A stretch of DNA of 64,000 nucleotides from Dimorphilus gyrociliatus (taxonomy: Eukaryota > Animalia > Annelida), in NCBI GenBank assembly GCA_904063045.1, contig CAJFCJ010000019.1:2796684-2860683 (forward strand), read 5' to 3'. A program made the translations under genes and the position numbers. The notes below the pieces were generated by a model. The model worked only from the letters and a program-made list of their open reading frames with translations. It was not told the DNA's origin and made no database searches. Positions 14,276 to 26,714 of the stretch are shown piece by piece; the first letter of the stretch is position 1, and each line of letters begins with the position of its first letter.

Positions 14276-15864
14276 GAAGAAAAGTGGCAAAGTATATATA
14301 AAGGAGTCGGATCATTTTTCTTTGCAATAATTGTTTTGGCGCTTGAAGCACGCCGCTCCAAAGTGTACACAGCGGTTCGAATTTAATTTCATTTATTAAG
14401 TGTTTGTCCATACAACTCGAGTTTCGCTATTGACCGTTCTAATCGTGCACCTGCTGCGAAAAGAAGAAAAATTGCCGGTATAATTATATATTCATCAATC
14501 TATATGTATTTAGGTCATGAGTTAAATTATATACTGTACATATGTATCACATCACGTTTGAATATATATAGAAGAGAAAAAAAAATGGTATAAATTATAC
14601 GTAAATAGATGAGTGTAATGCGCAACTAACGCCCTATAGTGTCAGAACAAATCCACCAATTTCCGTTGCAGTATTCCGCCGATTATTGCAGTCTTTCACT
14701 CGGCCACGCCGTCGTTACCTTTTCCTGATTGAATAAATATTCGAACGAGCTCGGCGAAGCGAATAGGCGGACACTTGTTCATACATACAAATGCCGGAAC
14801 GGCTTATCATATGCATGGGGCGGTTTTATTCGATCGACGCTCGTCGTCTCGGTCCGTCGGCGTCGAGTTAAACGTTCATTACGAAATACTCGGCCCCATC
14901 TGCCTTCCAGTTTTCCCCTTCGTATCGTTTTCTATATCTTCCGGCGTCTATTTTGACGTTCGACGACCGAAATGCTCGCCAATGGCTTCGGGCTAATTGA
15001 AAGGCAATGAAGAATGCGACTCTCAATGGACTTGCTCGTTTACCAGAAACCCATCAACTTTTCTTTCTATTTATTTTTGCTCATTGCTTTCTGATTATAA
15101 CCGCTGCCAGTTTCTATTAGCCGCCTCACTTTCCCCAAATATCCGTCCATAATTATTTATGTGTAATGTTTTATTAATAGCTGTCGTAAACTAATTACGA
15201 TTGATTACGACCGTGAAAAGGCGTAAATTAATCTCGGTTATAAAACAAAGGGTACAAAGCGCCTGCCTTTGCATACATACTGTATACTTAATTTGTATAT
15301 ATACAGTACACGAGCATCTCCATTTGCATAATGTATCGTTGAGCATTTGGCGAGACGTTTCGGCGGCATCGATATCGTATCTAAATCGTATTTCCTACTC
15401 CCTTCGCTCCCTTGTCATTTCTTTCTCATTTCCAATTTTTAATTAACGATATTAATTTACATGTTATACAGCATTTCCCCTACACTTACCCCTTGAGACA
15501 AAAAAAATTATATTCAATCTCAAAATGTCGGATAGATAAAATTAATAAAGATTATGCGGTGCCACCTGCTATTTAAAATCTTTCTGTCCCTACCGCCATC
15601 TACACGGATTTTATTACGGCAAAACTTATTTATTACTGTAAATGATTTTGATTAGCGGAAAAGGTAGGGGGGTTGGTTTAGAGGTAAGGTAGCCCGATTA
15701 AAAGGGAAGTAAGGAAAATTCGAAAGTATTTATATAGTTTTATTATAATAAAAGTAATTGTGTAAATAATGTATTTATACAAGTGGCGAGCTCGGCGCGA
15801 GGTGAGCTACGTTCTACAAATAACGATAATTAAACATTGAGCCTGATGCCGCAAAACGTTCATA

Positions 15865-17693
15865 TTACAATACTTGAATAGCAATTGGAAAAGATGATAG
15901 ATATTCATGAAGATCGTGATCGAAATCATCCAATTTGTCAACCAATATGGGTAAAATGCTACATAAACCCGAAAATCTTTCACTCTCCTTCGGAAGGATT
16001 CTCCTTAAGATGCTACCATGTTTCATTTTCGTCCAATTGAAATCAATTTTACCGCTATTAGTGGCTTCATTAACTCTATCTCTTAGATCCTTGTGAAATT
16101 GCCTTTGAGAGGGACTTTCACATTGCATGTGTACTTGCGCAAGGGGATACAAAACACCTTCAGTAAGGCTCGCCCAGAAATTAACTACATCGCCAAGAAT
16201 TTGGCAAAATTTGTTAATTAAATCCAAATTAGCGTACTTTTTGCCTCGTAAATGATCTTCCACCAAACTAATTAAGTGCTGCCTGGATTCAACCACAATG
16301 TCCTTTGGCAAGAACCTCTTTAGGCCTAGTAGCAATTCGCTTAGGCAATTGTTGATTGAAGAGGCTCCTTTATGAAAGTTTTGTAGTTGCGGTTCGATTT
16401 GTTGTTTTTGGAATGTTTTTACGAGTCTTAACATATATAAATCATTGGCTGAAAAACATTACAGTCCTATTTAATAATTCTTTGTTGGTTGTTGAAGACA
16501 CTTTCGACTTACGTTTATCGACCAAATTGAACTTGCTATCGGGCAGCGAAAGTTCGTTTTTACAGCCTTTATATTCGTCCTCGTACAGTCGCACCCTTAG
16601 ACGTATATCGGTTATTCTTAGATTCTCTTTCATCGGGTAGCCGACTAACGTTGACTAAATTATAATAAATTATAATGTTTAATTCACTTTTACCAGATAT
16701 TTACTATTCAAGCAGTAAACAATAATTAAAAACATTTATTACCAAATCAGAAAGTTTTAATTGTTTTATATCGATTTTAAATTATTTTTATTTTACCTGA
16801 AGGATGTCTTGTAATTGATTCGTTTGATGTTGGGACCAAACTTCTTCAATTGCCTCCATATCATTTAAACCAATTTTCATTACAATACCTATTTTAGGAA
16901 GTTTTATTAGACGCTGTGACACTTGCACCTATTGTAAAATAGTAAATAACCTTTATCGAAACTCTCGATAATTACACCCTTCCAAATTCTCTGCTTTTCG
17001 AATAATCCTTTAATTTTATCTAGTCGAGTATTTTGCAATTCAGAGAGAAATCTCTCTTCCAAATCCTATGCATTTACAAGGAATGTAAATAATTAACGAT
17101 TAATTACATTTTTTTTCTGTTTTTCTGTCTTTTTTTTTTGATTTTCACACCGAAAGACAAATTGTAACAAAGAGTATAAAGAATAATTAGTTACAGTTAT
17201 TTCTTCAAATTCCCTTAACAACAACTACATCCTCTTAAAATAAATTTATGCATAGATTTCTTAAATAAATAACTATATATATATAATATAATATAAAATA
17301 TATGTCAGCTATATGTCGGTTTATTTAGTTCGCTTATTAAATAAAACAAATAATGTATTCGATGTTAAACGTTCTATAAGTATTTTAAATTACGTATATA
17401 TGTATATATATTTACGTATATCGATATACTATTCATTATTACTGCTCTTCTATCTTTATACATAAAAACAGAATTATACTTGAATGTAATAGTGCCTCAA
17501 TCCGTATTCATCCTTATTTTTAGGAACGGCTTCAATAATGTCCATATATATTCCAATTTGCCCTTTTTGTCATAGGGAAAAAAAGAAAAAATATTTGATA
17601 GTAAAGTATAGACTATTATTAGATAAGCATCGAAAATAGGTACTTACCAAAGGACCTTTCGAAAACAGGGCGATTTACGTCGTTCTCTCCCAT
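15865..17693 (-). CDS. About 350 aa uncharacterised protein with a TRADD-N-like/DEDD C-terminal-like domain plus a helical C-terminal domain, 6 exons
   Basis: Exons approx. 17693-17648, ~17565-17483, 17065-16951, 16888-16797, 16654-16513 and 16448-15865 join in frame. The segment GIVMKIGLNDMEAIEEVWSQHQTNQLQDILQ...ITDIRLRVRLYEDEY resembles by eye the DEDD C-terminal pattern (I.F..L..LD.FW.DY..G.L...L...IKLLVNVDEEDY). Confidence 0.6.
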
Positions 17694-18206
17694 TCTTATC
17701 TATTTGTCAGTCTAAACGACCACACCAATGCCGTTCAGCTATTTATAATAATCGTTTTGCGGGCGTATTTTCTAGCATATTTCGATTGAAAACAATTGAT
17801 TTAAAGAAGAAAAGCGTCCGAATCGCTCCGTCAGTCGTGCAAAACCTGACAGGCACGTTCGGTTGTTGACTTCGCGTTTTTATAGATTATTACGTACAGT
17901 GCTTGAATAAGCTCCGATTCGCTGGTTTAAATAAACGAGTTATGTTTCATTACATTTGACGCATGCGGCCCAAATGTATAATCAATTCGATCCCTTTTTT
18001 TATGAAAATGACAAAAAATTTTATTTGCTATTTGCGCGTTATTTAGCGAGGAAATTACGTTTAATATAATAATTACGATCTAGAAATGCAGTTTTGTATT
18101 GATTTCGGTTCTTAATTAGTCAATCATACCTCAGGATTGAAGGAAAAGTAAAACGTATAAAATATGTATATATTTTCGATAAGCGATAGATGGAACTACT
18201 GTAGAA

Positions 18207-20050
18207 TCAAAATTCATATTCAAACTCGACGTCTAAATTCTCAATGAAGTGTCCTTCAGTGATAGCTGCTTTTCTTTCGTAATTTTTGCGATTCTTTTCT
18301 TCCGGCGGTAACTTAATGGGATTCGTAGGTTTTTCATCATCTTCGAACGTAACTTTTGATGAAAAACTTTGATTAGGCCTCGAGTCACTGTCAATTAAGT
18401 TCCTAGACGAACGTCGAATTTTGTAATGATGACTATAACCTGTAATTAGAAAGTATTGTTGCGTAAATAGAGCGACTGTTCTAATAGGTTTTTTTACCTG
18501 ACGAAGTACTTGGAAAATAGGTTGGACCCTCGCCCCTGGCATATCTATTATAACCAAAAAAGGTTGGCAGTTAGCAACGTGTAAAGGTCATAAAATTTGT
18601 GGAATGTTTAAACTTAGTACCTTCTTGAATATCTATAACTTTGATTTAGATTCTTATGACGTCGGCCACCGAAACCAGATCCCCGAAAGCAAGGGCCGAA
18701 GAAAATTATAATTATACAGACCATTATTGGTGCACAAACAGATATGAAGATGATCGCAATCAAATAACCAGCACCAAGCTTTCTTTTTTTAAAATTGATT
18801 GAATTATATTCTAAACACCTGCCAGACTTTCTAAATTTCCTATAAATTAGTTTAAAAACAACCATATACAACTTGAAAAACATAAATAACCTTAATTATT
18901 TTTCTCCTACCAGTAAGAATTAATGAGAGTTTGAATGTTGGTTGAAATGCTCGTTGCTTTTAAATTCTTCTCTCCTAAACACTTTTGAAGATTTTTGTCT
19001 GCAGCCCAGGCTACCTATAAAGAATATGCATTTTTAATTATATAAGAATATGTAATGATTGAGAAACAGAAACAGAAAGCGAGAGGGAGAGAGAGAGAGA
19101 GAGAGGTAAAAGCTTTTAAAATCTTCTTTCTACTCTTCTTTATAGTTAATTAGCGTGCTCCATATTTTATCAATGATTCTAACTAACCTTAGCTTTCTCT
19201 GTGTCACATATAATTAGTACTGGTAAGTGGCAAGCTATTGCAAATGTATCATTCTTTAGTTCATTGATAAACTGCCTTGATAGGTTCGTGTTTCTGTAAA
19301 AATTAAAAGGAAGAGAAAAAGTCGATATAGTCCATTAATCAGATCATACTTAAAAAAAGTTTTAGCCTATATAGGGATTAAAATGATTCCGTGATGTAAC
19401 AACTAATGAGGAAACTAAGAGTTAGTTGATTACTTTTAATCGCTTGTCCTAAAAAAAATTGTTGATTTTGCACTCCTAGCATTGGAAATTAACAAGCCTG
19501 TAGCCAATAACATCAAAGTCCTCAATATTATTATACACAGTCGGTGTAAATAAAACGGTAGCCGTTTGATAGGAGAAACGGTCGTTTTATTATATCTGGT
19601 ATATCGTTATATCATTACCTTTCTTTCAAGAAAACCACTATAAATTTTGCTAAAGGACAGGTACATCGCTGTCGGCATTCGTCTATTAATTGATCATTCG
19701 CCCATGTCTCTGTATGCAGTAAATATCAGATATAGTTAAATAACCTTTTTTATACGTATTTTTTTCTAACACATGACAAAAGATAAGTTTTGTAAAGATT
19801 TAAAAGAGTTTTACTACCAATCTTTGAATAATTTAATAAAACAATAAATTATCAACATTCTATGTCAATACTTACTGATAGAATTTTCCAGCATTTGCTG
19901 GGGATCACATATAAACGTTTTGTTATCCCTCAGGCAGTTTAACAGTGAAGAGATATTGTTGGATAAAAAGTAATCTCTGTATCCTTCAATGTTATAGCGA
20001 ATCATTGACAGAAAATAAACTATATTGGCAAGAATTACAGTAGAACGCAT
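18207..20050 (-). CDS. Single-pass type I membrane protein with a MOLO1/TPM-like ectodomain, about 7 exons
   Basis: Signal peptide MRSTVILANIVYFLSMI. The spliced ectodomain reads ...FICDPQQML...CRQRCTCPLAKFIVVFL...FINELKNDTFAIACHLPVLIICD...VAWAAD, similar to the MOLO1-type CDP and CxC pattern. TM GYLIAIIFISVCAPIMVCIIIIFF. Tail ends LDVEFEYEF. All joins are GT-AG and in frame. Confidence 0.55.
19081..19105. repeat. (GA)n microsatellite in an intron of the MOLO1-like gene
   Basis: Direct observation. Confidence 0.85.
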
Positions 20051-20256
20051 TATTTCTTTACTTCAAAAACCAGTCCCACGTTAATCTATAAACTCCATTA
20101 CAGAAGGAGAGCGAGAGAGACGAAATGAGAAAAAGAGAGAAAAGCTTCTCTATAATTCGAATACACACACGAATCCATATCGAACAGCGCTTTAGTGAAA
20201 AACGAGGAACGAACTGGAAACATGCTGGTGAATAAGTTGATTAATTATGCAGATAC

Positions 20257-20263
<7 letters not shown>

Positions 20264-20313
<50 letters not shown>

Positions 20314-20325
20314 TTATATATATAT
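20264..20325. repeat. (TA)n microsatellite
   Basis: Near-perfect TA dinucleotide run seen directly. Confidence 0.95.
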
Positions 20326-20472
20326 CTCATAAAGATTTTTTATGTCTCTGATATTTCATAATTTTTTATTTGAATATTTATACACTTTATACATAGTTAC
20401 GTATTAATATTTTGACGACATATAGGATTTCCATATAAAAATCTTTGACTATTAATACAATTATGTATATGC

Positions 20473-20549
<77 letters not shown>

Positions 20550-20567
20550 TGTATATATATATATATA
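20473..20567. repeat. (TA)n microsatellite, interrupted
   Basis: About 95 nt TA run. A smaller TA-rich run follows at about 20676-20722. Confidence 0.95.
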
Positions 20568-21665
20568 GTATTCTAATTTAATTAATCAATCATCTTAATT
20601 ATTAATAATAGTTTTCCTATGTTCTGTGGACTTTGATTTTAGTTTTTAAATCTGAATATATACTAATATATTAGTATATATATATATATTGTATATACTG
20701 TATATATATACACATATATATATTATTCGATGATATATAACAATATAACTAATAAAGACAGTTGAACGGTCAACTGGATGTTGATCGGGAGAAATATCAA
20801 TACGATTTACAGTACGCTTCAATGATAATTACGAACTGTGCTAATTTCGTTACTATATTTCATACTCATTATTATAGGGTTAGTCTAATTAAATGCTAAT
20901 CATTGGACAAAGATTAGCAAATTTTAAGAAAATTGTTAGAAAACTTATCATCCTCTTATTCAGGGCGTATTTACGGCCTATTCTATGCTAGATAAAGCCA
21001 CTATTTGCTAATAAACGAACAAGGGTTTTCTAAAGGTTTCTCTAATCATTGCATTTCAAATTTTCAAATCTAACAAGTGGCTGAAAGTTCTAAAAATAAG
21101 GCGAAACTAATAGGTTGATTGTTTCCGCCCGATTAAACTGGGTAGCAGTCATTCTTCAGCCGTCCACCATTGCAGATAATCTCGTTCGATTATACGCTCA
21201 GATGTATATGGAAATGCTTTACGTCGTGACGTATTTTCTGCAAACCACAAAGCATTTGAACCTCTTTAGGCGTGTAAGAAGTGCTTTTTTTTTACAGCTA
21301 ATAAATTTTGTCAATAACATTTTTGCTGTAGAAAGAAGTAAACTTTTTAAAATGTTCTTAATTTTTTCAATAGTAACAATAACAATGAATAGCTGAACGA
21401 TTACTATCGAACGCCATTTTTATATAATTATTAACATTAAAATATTCATTTCAATTTAGTTTATCATGAGTAGATCAGAGATTACAATCGGAAAATGTAT
21501 CATATGGAATAACAGGTAACTTAAAAACACCCTCTTACAAAATTGAAGTTGTGTTGTATTTTATACAATTTTCTTGAACCATTATCGTTTCAAGTTCTAT
21601 TTTCTTTGGCCTATAAAAAGTATCACGTGCCACTTGTGTCTTAGACCAGTCACATGATAAACAAA

Positions 21666-23580
21666 ATGGAGTTGAACAAAATATTCTATGTTTTTGTCGT
21701 CTTATTATGTGTGAGCATAATAAGTAGTTGCCATGCAACTCAAAATGAAGGTTTCTTTCTATCAGATTAAGGTTTTGTTAAATTATATGATTAGTAAATT
21801 TAATTAGAAGCAAAGCAAAGGTGGAATTACGTAAACGTTCGACGGAATGCCCATATGTTTTGGTGGTTGTACTACGCTGGTGAAGCAAACAAACCTCTTA
21901 TTTTATGGCTTCAAGTTAGAATATTCTCTAATAATATTAATTAAGGCTTAGTTATCCATAACTTTTAGGGAGGACCCGGTGGTTCATCAACAGGGTTTGG
22001 GAATTTTATGGAAATTGGTCCAAAGGATGTAAATTTGCAACCTAGGAATACCACATGGGTTTGATATCAATCCCAAATATGATTGAATTATCTCTATTTA
22101 GATTTCTATTCTTGAAATTTCAGCTCAAGTTAGCCAACCTTCTCTTTATTGATAATCCTGTAGGTACAGGATTTAGTTACGTGACCTCACAAGACGCCTA
22201 TTCTACAAGTGTTGAACAAATCGCATTAGATTTAGTTCAAGTAATGAAATCATTTTTAAAAGAAGTTAAGGAATTTAAAAGCATTCCATTCTATATTTTT
22301 TCTGAGTCATACGGTGGCAAAATGACCGCTGCTTTTAGTAAAGAGCTTTACAAGGTACTCTAAAAAAATTACATTGGCAATTGATTAAAAAAATCTCTCT
22401 TAAGTACAATTGAAATCGTTTTTCAGGCTATCAAAGCCAGTGAAATAGAATGCAATTTTAAAGGTTTTGCCATGGGCGATTCGTGGATATCGCCTCTTGA
22501 TTCTGTTCTAAGCTGGGCTCCCTATCTTTACTCTACCGTAAGTACCTTTCAACGTTCCAATTTTTCAATCCTATCTATCGTAATAAAAATTGAACAATTC
22601 AGTCGCTTGTCGACATATTAGGGTATCAAAAAGTAAACAATAAGGCATTGGACATAAAGAGCTTACTATCTGATGGAAAGTTTAAAGAGGCTACTAACCA
22701 ATGGTCAGAACTCGAAAGTATCATCGAAAGCGAAACTGCCGGGGTGGACTTTTATAACATTTTAAGATTTGATTCCCAATCCAATAGCTTACACAATTCC
22801 AAATCGGAAATTGGTACTTAGAGATATACTTTACCTTGACCCTTATTACTTCCTAACTATTCTATCCATAAATAGATTATTTATATAAACGCCATGTAGG
22901 AAGATTGAACAATGACCTATTAAGTAATCTAATGAATACGAAAGTTCGTCGAATGTTGAGAATTATCCCAGAAAACGTTACTTGGGGAGGTAGAAAAGAA
23001 TTTCGCTTCAACTAATCTGAATAAAATACTTTTTATTTACTTTTGTAGGACAATCTGGCAATGTTTTTAAATACCAGAGTGAAGAATTTATGAAACCAGT
23101 GGTATCAATAGGTTTTTATGAGCAGATTATCTTTTTAAATATATCTACCCTTTCATTTCTTTGTAGTTGATGATATTTTAAAAACTACGCCTCTCAAAGT
23201 TGTTGTTTACTCAGGCCAATTGGATTTAATTTGTGATACTCTAGGTAAAACTATAAATATTTCTTGAGTATAAATAATTTAGAGTAAGAGAATAAAACAA
23301 AATATATAGGAACTGAACAATGGGTGGGAAGTTTGACATGGCCGCACATGAAAGATTACTTTATGGCTGAAAGGAAAGCTATAAGAAATAAAATGGGAAT
23401 CCCTGAATTATTTTATAAGACATATAAACAATTTCAATTTTATTGGATTTTGAAAGCGGGGCATATGGTAAAACTTTCTTTAGCGAATGACTATAAATAA
23501 TATATTCCTTCTGAAACTTTTAGGTTCCATCAGATGCTGGAGATGCAGCTTTAAAAATGGTGGCAAATGTTCTTATTTAA
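21666..23580 (+). CDS. SCPEP1: Retinoid-inducible serine carboxypeptidase (S10 family), many short introns
   Basis: AHMFWWLYY, WLQ|GGPGGSSTGFGNFMEIGP, LLFIDNPVGTGFSY. Catalytic triad motifs SESYGG, GQLDLIC and AGHM|VP. Signal peptide at ATG 21666. Confidence 0.93.
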
Positions 23581-23937
23581 ATTATCTTCTATACAAAGCA
23601 TTAGAATAATTATTGTCATTGAGAAGCTTTTATATCAATACCATATTCATAACCTACAATCCATGCTTAATCGATTTTGAATAGAAACGTTTTTGTAGAA
23701 CTCTTTTATTTTTCATAATTTACAGAAACTTAAGTAATAACATGCAAATTGCATATTACCAGTGGATTTTTATTAAATGTTCATTAAAAAATAAATATAT
23801 TATGCTTTTCTATTGTATCTATTCATAACTACAGTAACTATAAAAAAAACATAGAAATAGCACTAAAATGTATTTGAAAAAAGAACTAAAAAATTGCTTT
23901 TGAAGTAGTATTTTCATAATAATGATATAACATTCAA

Positions 23938-23954
23938 GGGGTGGGGGGGGGGGG
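23938..23954 (+). repeat. G-tract (GGGGT followed by G12)
   Basis: Direct observation in an otherwise AT-rich intergenic spacer. Confidence 0.9.
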
Positions 23955-24617
23955 AATCACCATTTCGTATCTGTATCTTACCCGTTTTCGTTCAATCATT
24001 TCCTACCAGTATAGTTAGGCTGGTGAATAGACTTTAAAAAACTTCCTTTATCAACCGACATTTCTCTTTTTTTAAAGATTTCAACTTTTCGAAATTTACG
24101 ACGGTAGGTTCTTATTTAGTAGCCTTTTTTCTTAACAAAAGATAAATTTAGCCCATTGACCACAATTCTAAGTTGTAAAATTTAGAAGCAAAAAGGGAAT
24201 AGATAGGATTTTTTAACATTTTATTTACTTAGAATCTATAGTATATCATTACTGTAATTATGTAAAATCATTGAAGCGTTTATTATAAATTCACTTTATA
24301 GTTTAAACTGTCGATATGTGAATAAATTAAAATAATTAGCTATTGAAACTATAACTATAAAATGCTATCTTTATAAAAGACTAAACTATCCTTTCTTTTA
24401 ATAGTTTTTATACGTAATAGGTAAAATGGTGAATCAATAAACATGACCTATTATTGAAACATCTTTTATATTTATTTTAATACTATACAGTATATTCAGT
24501 ATTCTCACAAAGTATTGGTAAACTAAAATTTATATGACAAAACTATACTTCTTCTATTAGATTAAATACTTAATAGATGGAATGAATTATTATTTTTAAT
24601 GTCGAATTCTTTTAGTT

Positions 24618-25971
24618 ATGTCTGAAGCTTTGGATAATTTACTCGAGGATGAAAAAGATTGGAAAAATTTAATAGAAGATAATTTTGCGATTATTACGGA
24701 AATTCTTAGACCGGACGATGTTGCTAATTGGTTAAGGCAAGAAAAGATTCTACGTCAGGCAAACTTTGAAGATGTCACAAATCCACATAGCAACAATAAA
24801 AAAAGAGCACGTAAATGGGCTTGTTTCGTTTTGGTTAAAAAATAGCCTTTAAGTCTATTCTTTTTTAGAAATACTACTCGATATTGTTTTGTCTCGAAGT
24901 AGTCATGGAATAAAGAAATTTTTAACTATTATTAGCTATGAATATCCAGTACTCTTTACTAAAATCACTGGTTTAGAACCTTTTGATCTTCCTGACGGTG
25001 AGAAAATTGCATACAAAAACAACGAAAGTGATTTCTATTCAATTGAATATTCTGTTTTCGGTTTAAAGATTACACTCCAAAGAGGTTATCAACTTACGCA
25101 ACAAATGTTTGCAAAAAATCTCTTAAAACGGCTATTAATAAATATCAACTAGCCCATGTTGAACTGGATACAGCCTTAAAACTTGAGTTAAATAAATTAC
25201 TTCAAGGAGGAGATTCACGTGTAAGTTCTTATTCAAATTTATTGATTGTTCAATAGTAAAAAAAAAACAAAAAAAAAACTTCTTTCAGCTGACTGAATTG
25301 AGGTTTAAAATTGACGAACTTCAAGAACAATCTGACTTTTATAAAGAGAAATATAGTAAAGCAATTTGTCAGAGCAGTATGTTTTCTCTTAAAAATATAT
25401 AGAAAAAACAATATATTCAATACTATTCACTTTTTAGCTGAGTTAAAAGCTGAAAATGAGAAGCTAAAAAGATATCTTCAACAATATGAAGCAGATTTTA
25501 ATTCAAACGGTGAGATAAAACCATTGATTTATATAGTACAAAAACTAAGTGAAAATTTTCTTCAGACAACTCTCATCCCGTCTCCTTACGTCAAAATAAT
25601 GCTTCATCATCCTCACTATCTGGTCGAATGGTAATAGTATAACCTAAGAAATGTAAATTAATTCATTTAAGTTTTCTAATTAGGGAATAATTGTCGAGAA
25701 TGAAATCATTGGAAGTTCAAGTAATATTAATCACAGCTCCCTAAATCAAGTATTTGAATTAGCATCTTCCAAAAGACTTGAAGAGACAGAACGAGAATTA
25801 AAAGATAAAATAAATGCAATGGAATACTGGAAGGAGCAAGCATTGTATCATAAAGATAGATTTGAAAAGATATATGAATTATTAGTAAGTATCAAAATTT
25901 CCTATAAATTTAAAGTATAGATTATATAATTTTATTATTATTTTCTGTAGAAAGATCCCAGAATGCCATAA
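24618..25971 (+). CDS. CARD plus coiled-coil protein (CARD9/CARMA-like CARD), about 306 aa, 8 exons
   Basis: Spliced N-terminus WKNLIEDNFAIITEILRPDDVANWLRQEKIL...RAQILLDIVLSRSSHGIKKFLTIISYEYPVLFTKITGLEP follows the CARD9/CARD11 CARD pattern (YLRQ..., RAGRLLDIL..KG..G...FLESLE.YYP.LY...TG.EP). Later exons encode heptad-rich segments. All joins are in frame. Confidence 0.75.
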
Positions 25972-26714
25972 ATATGACAATATTGAGTTAAAATTGGATA
26001 TGTTATGCCAGAAAATGAACTCACGAATTTTTATATTTAACTAATCCATATTGATTTATAGTCTGCAATCAGTGCTTTATAATTTATATAAAGCAAAGCT
26101 GTAATATCATAGAAGCATGGTAAAGAATATAAAAAAGCTATAATTGTACATAAAAAAAAATCACTTAAACTAAAAAGAGTTTAATTCTCAAAAAACTCAT
26201 CAAAAAAAGAAGAAAAAACAGATTAATTAATCATTTCTTTTAATTTTGTTACTCGAAAAGGTAAGTGTTAAATTTAATCAGAAAATTATATAAAAAAGAC
26301 TACATTTAATAGCTAATTCATGTAGTTTTTGGGGTATGATTAATAGTCATTACTCTCCTAGAAATGCTTTGGCTTGTTATTTTGCATTGTTTATATATTG
26401 AAAATTTATAATAACTTTTTATTAGGTGAAAATGCATTAAATACTAAAGAATCATATGTAAATAATAAGCACTTAGACTGTGGTTGATTCGAGATTTTGT
26501 ATTGATTTATAGAGTGCTTTTGTCTATATTGATCGTTGAATGATAGCTTTTAGTAGTTTTTGCAGTTTGCAATAACTTTTGTTTATTAAATAATCAAAGA
26601 CATAAACAAAATAAACTTCCAAAAGTCCTCGATTGTCTCATAAAAATCTAAATATTCTTAACGCTTTGTAACTTTACGTAAAAAACAAAAAACACCAGTT
26701 GATAGCAGTCACAC

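Noticed and set aside
14729-15446. Overlapping short ORFs downstream of Unc-4
   Set aside because: No homology or splice continuity. They are expected by chance in locally GC-richer sequence.
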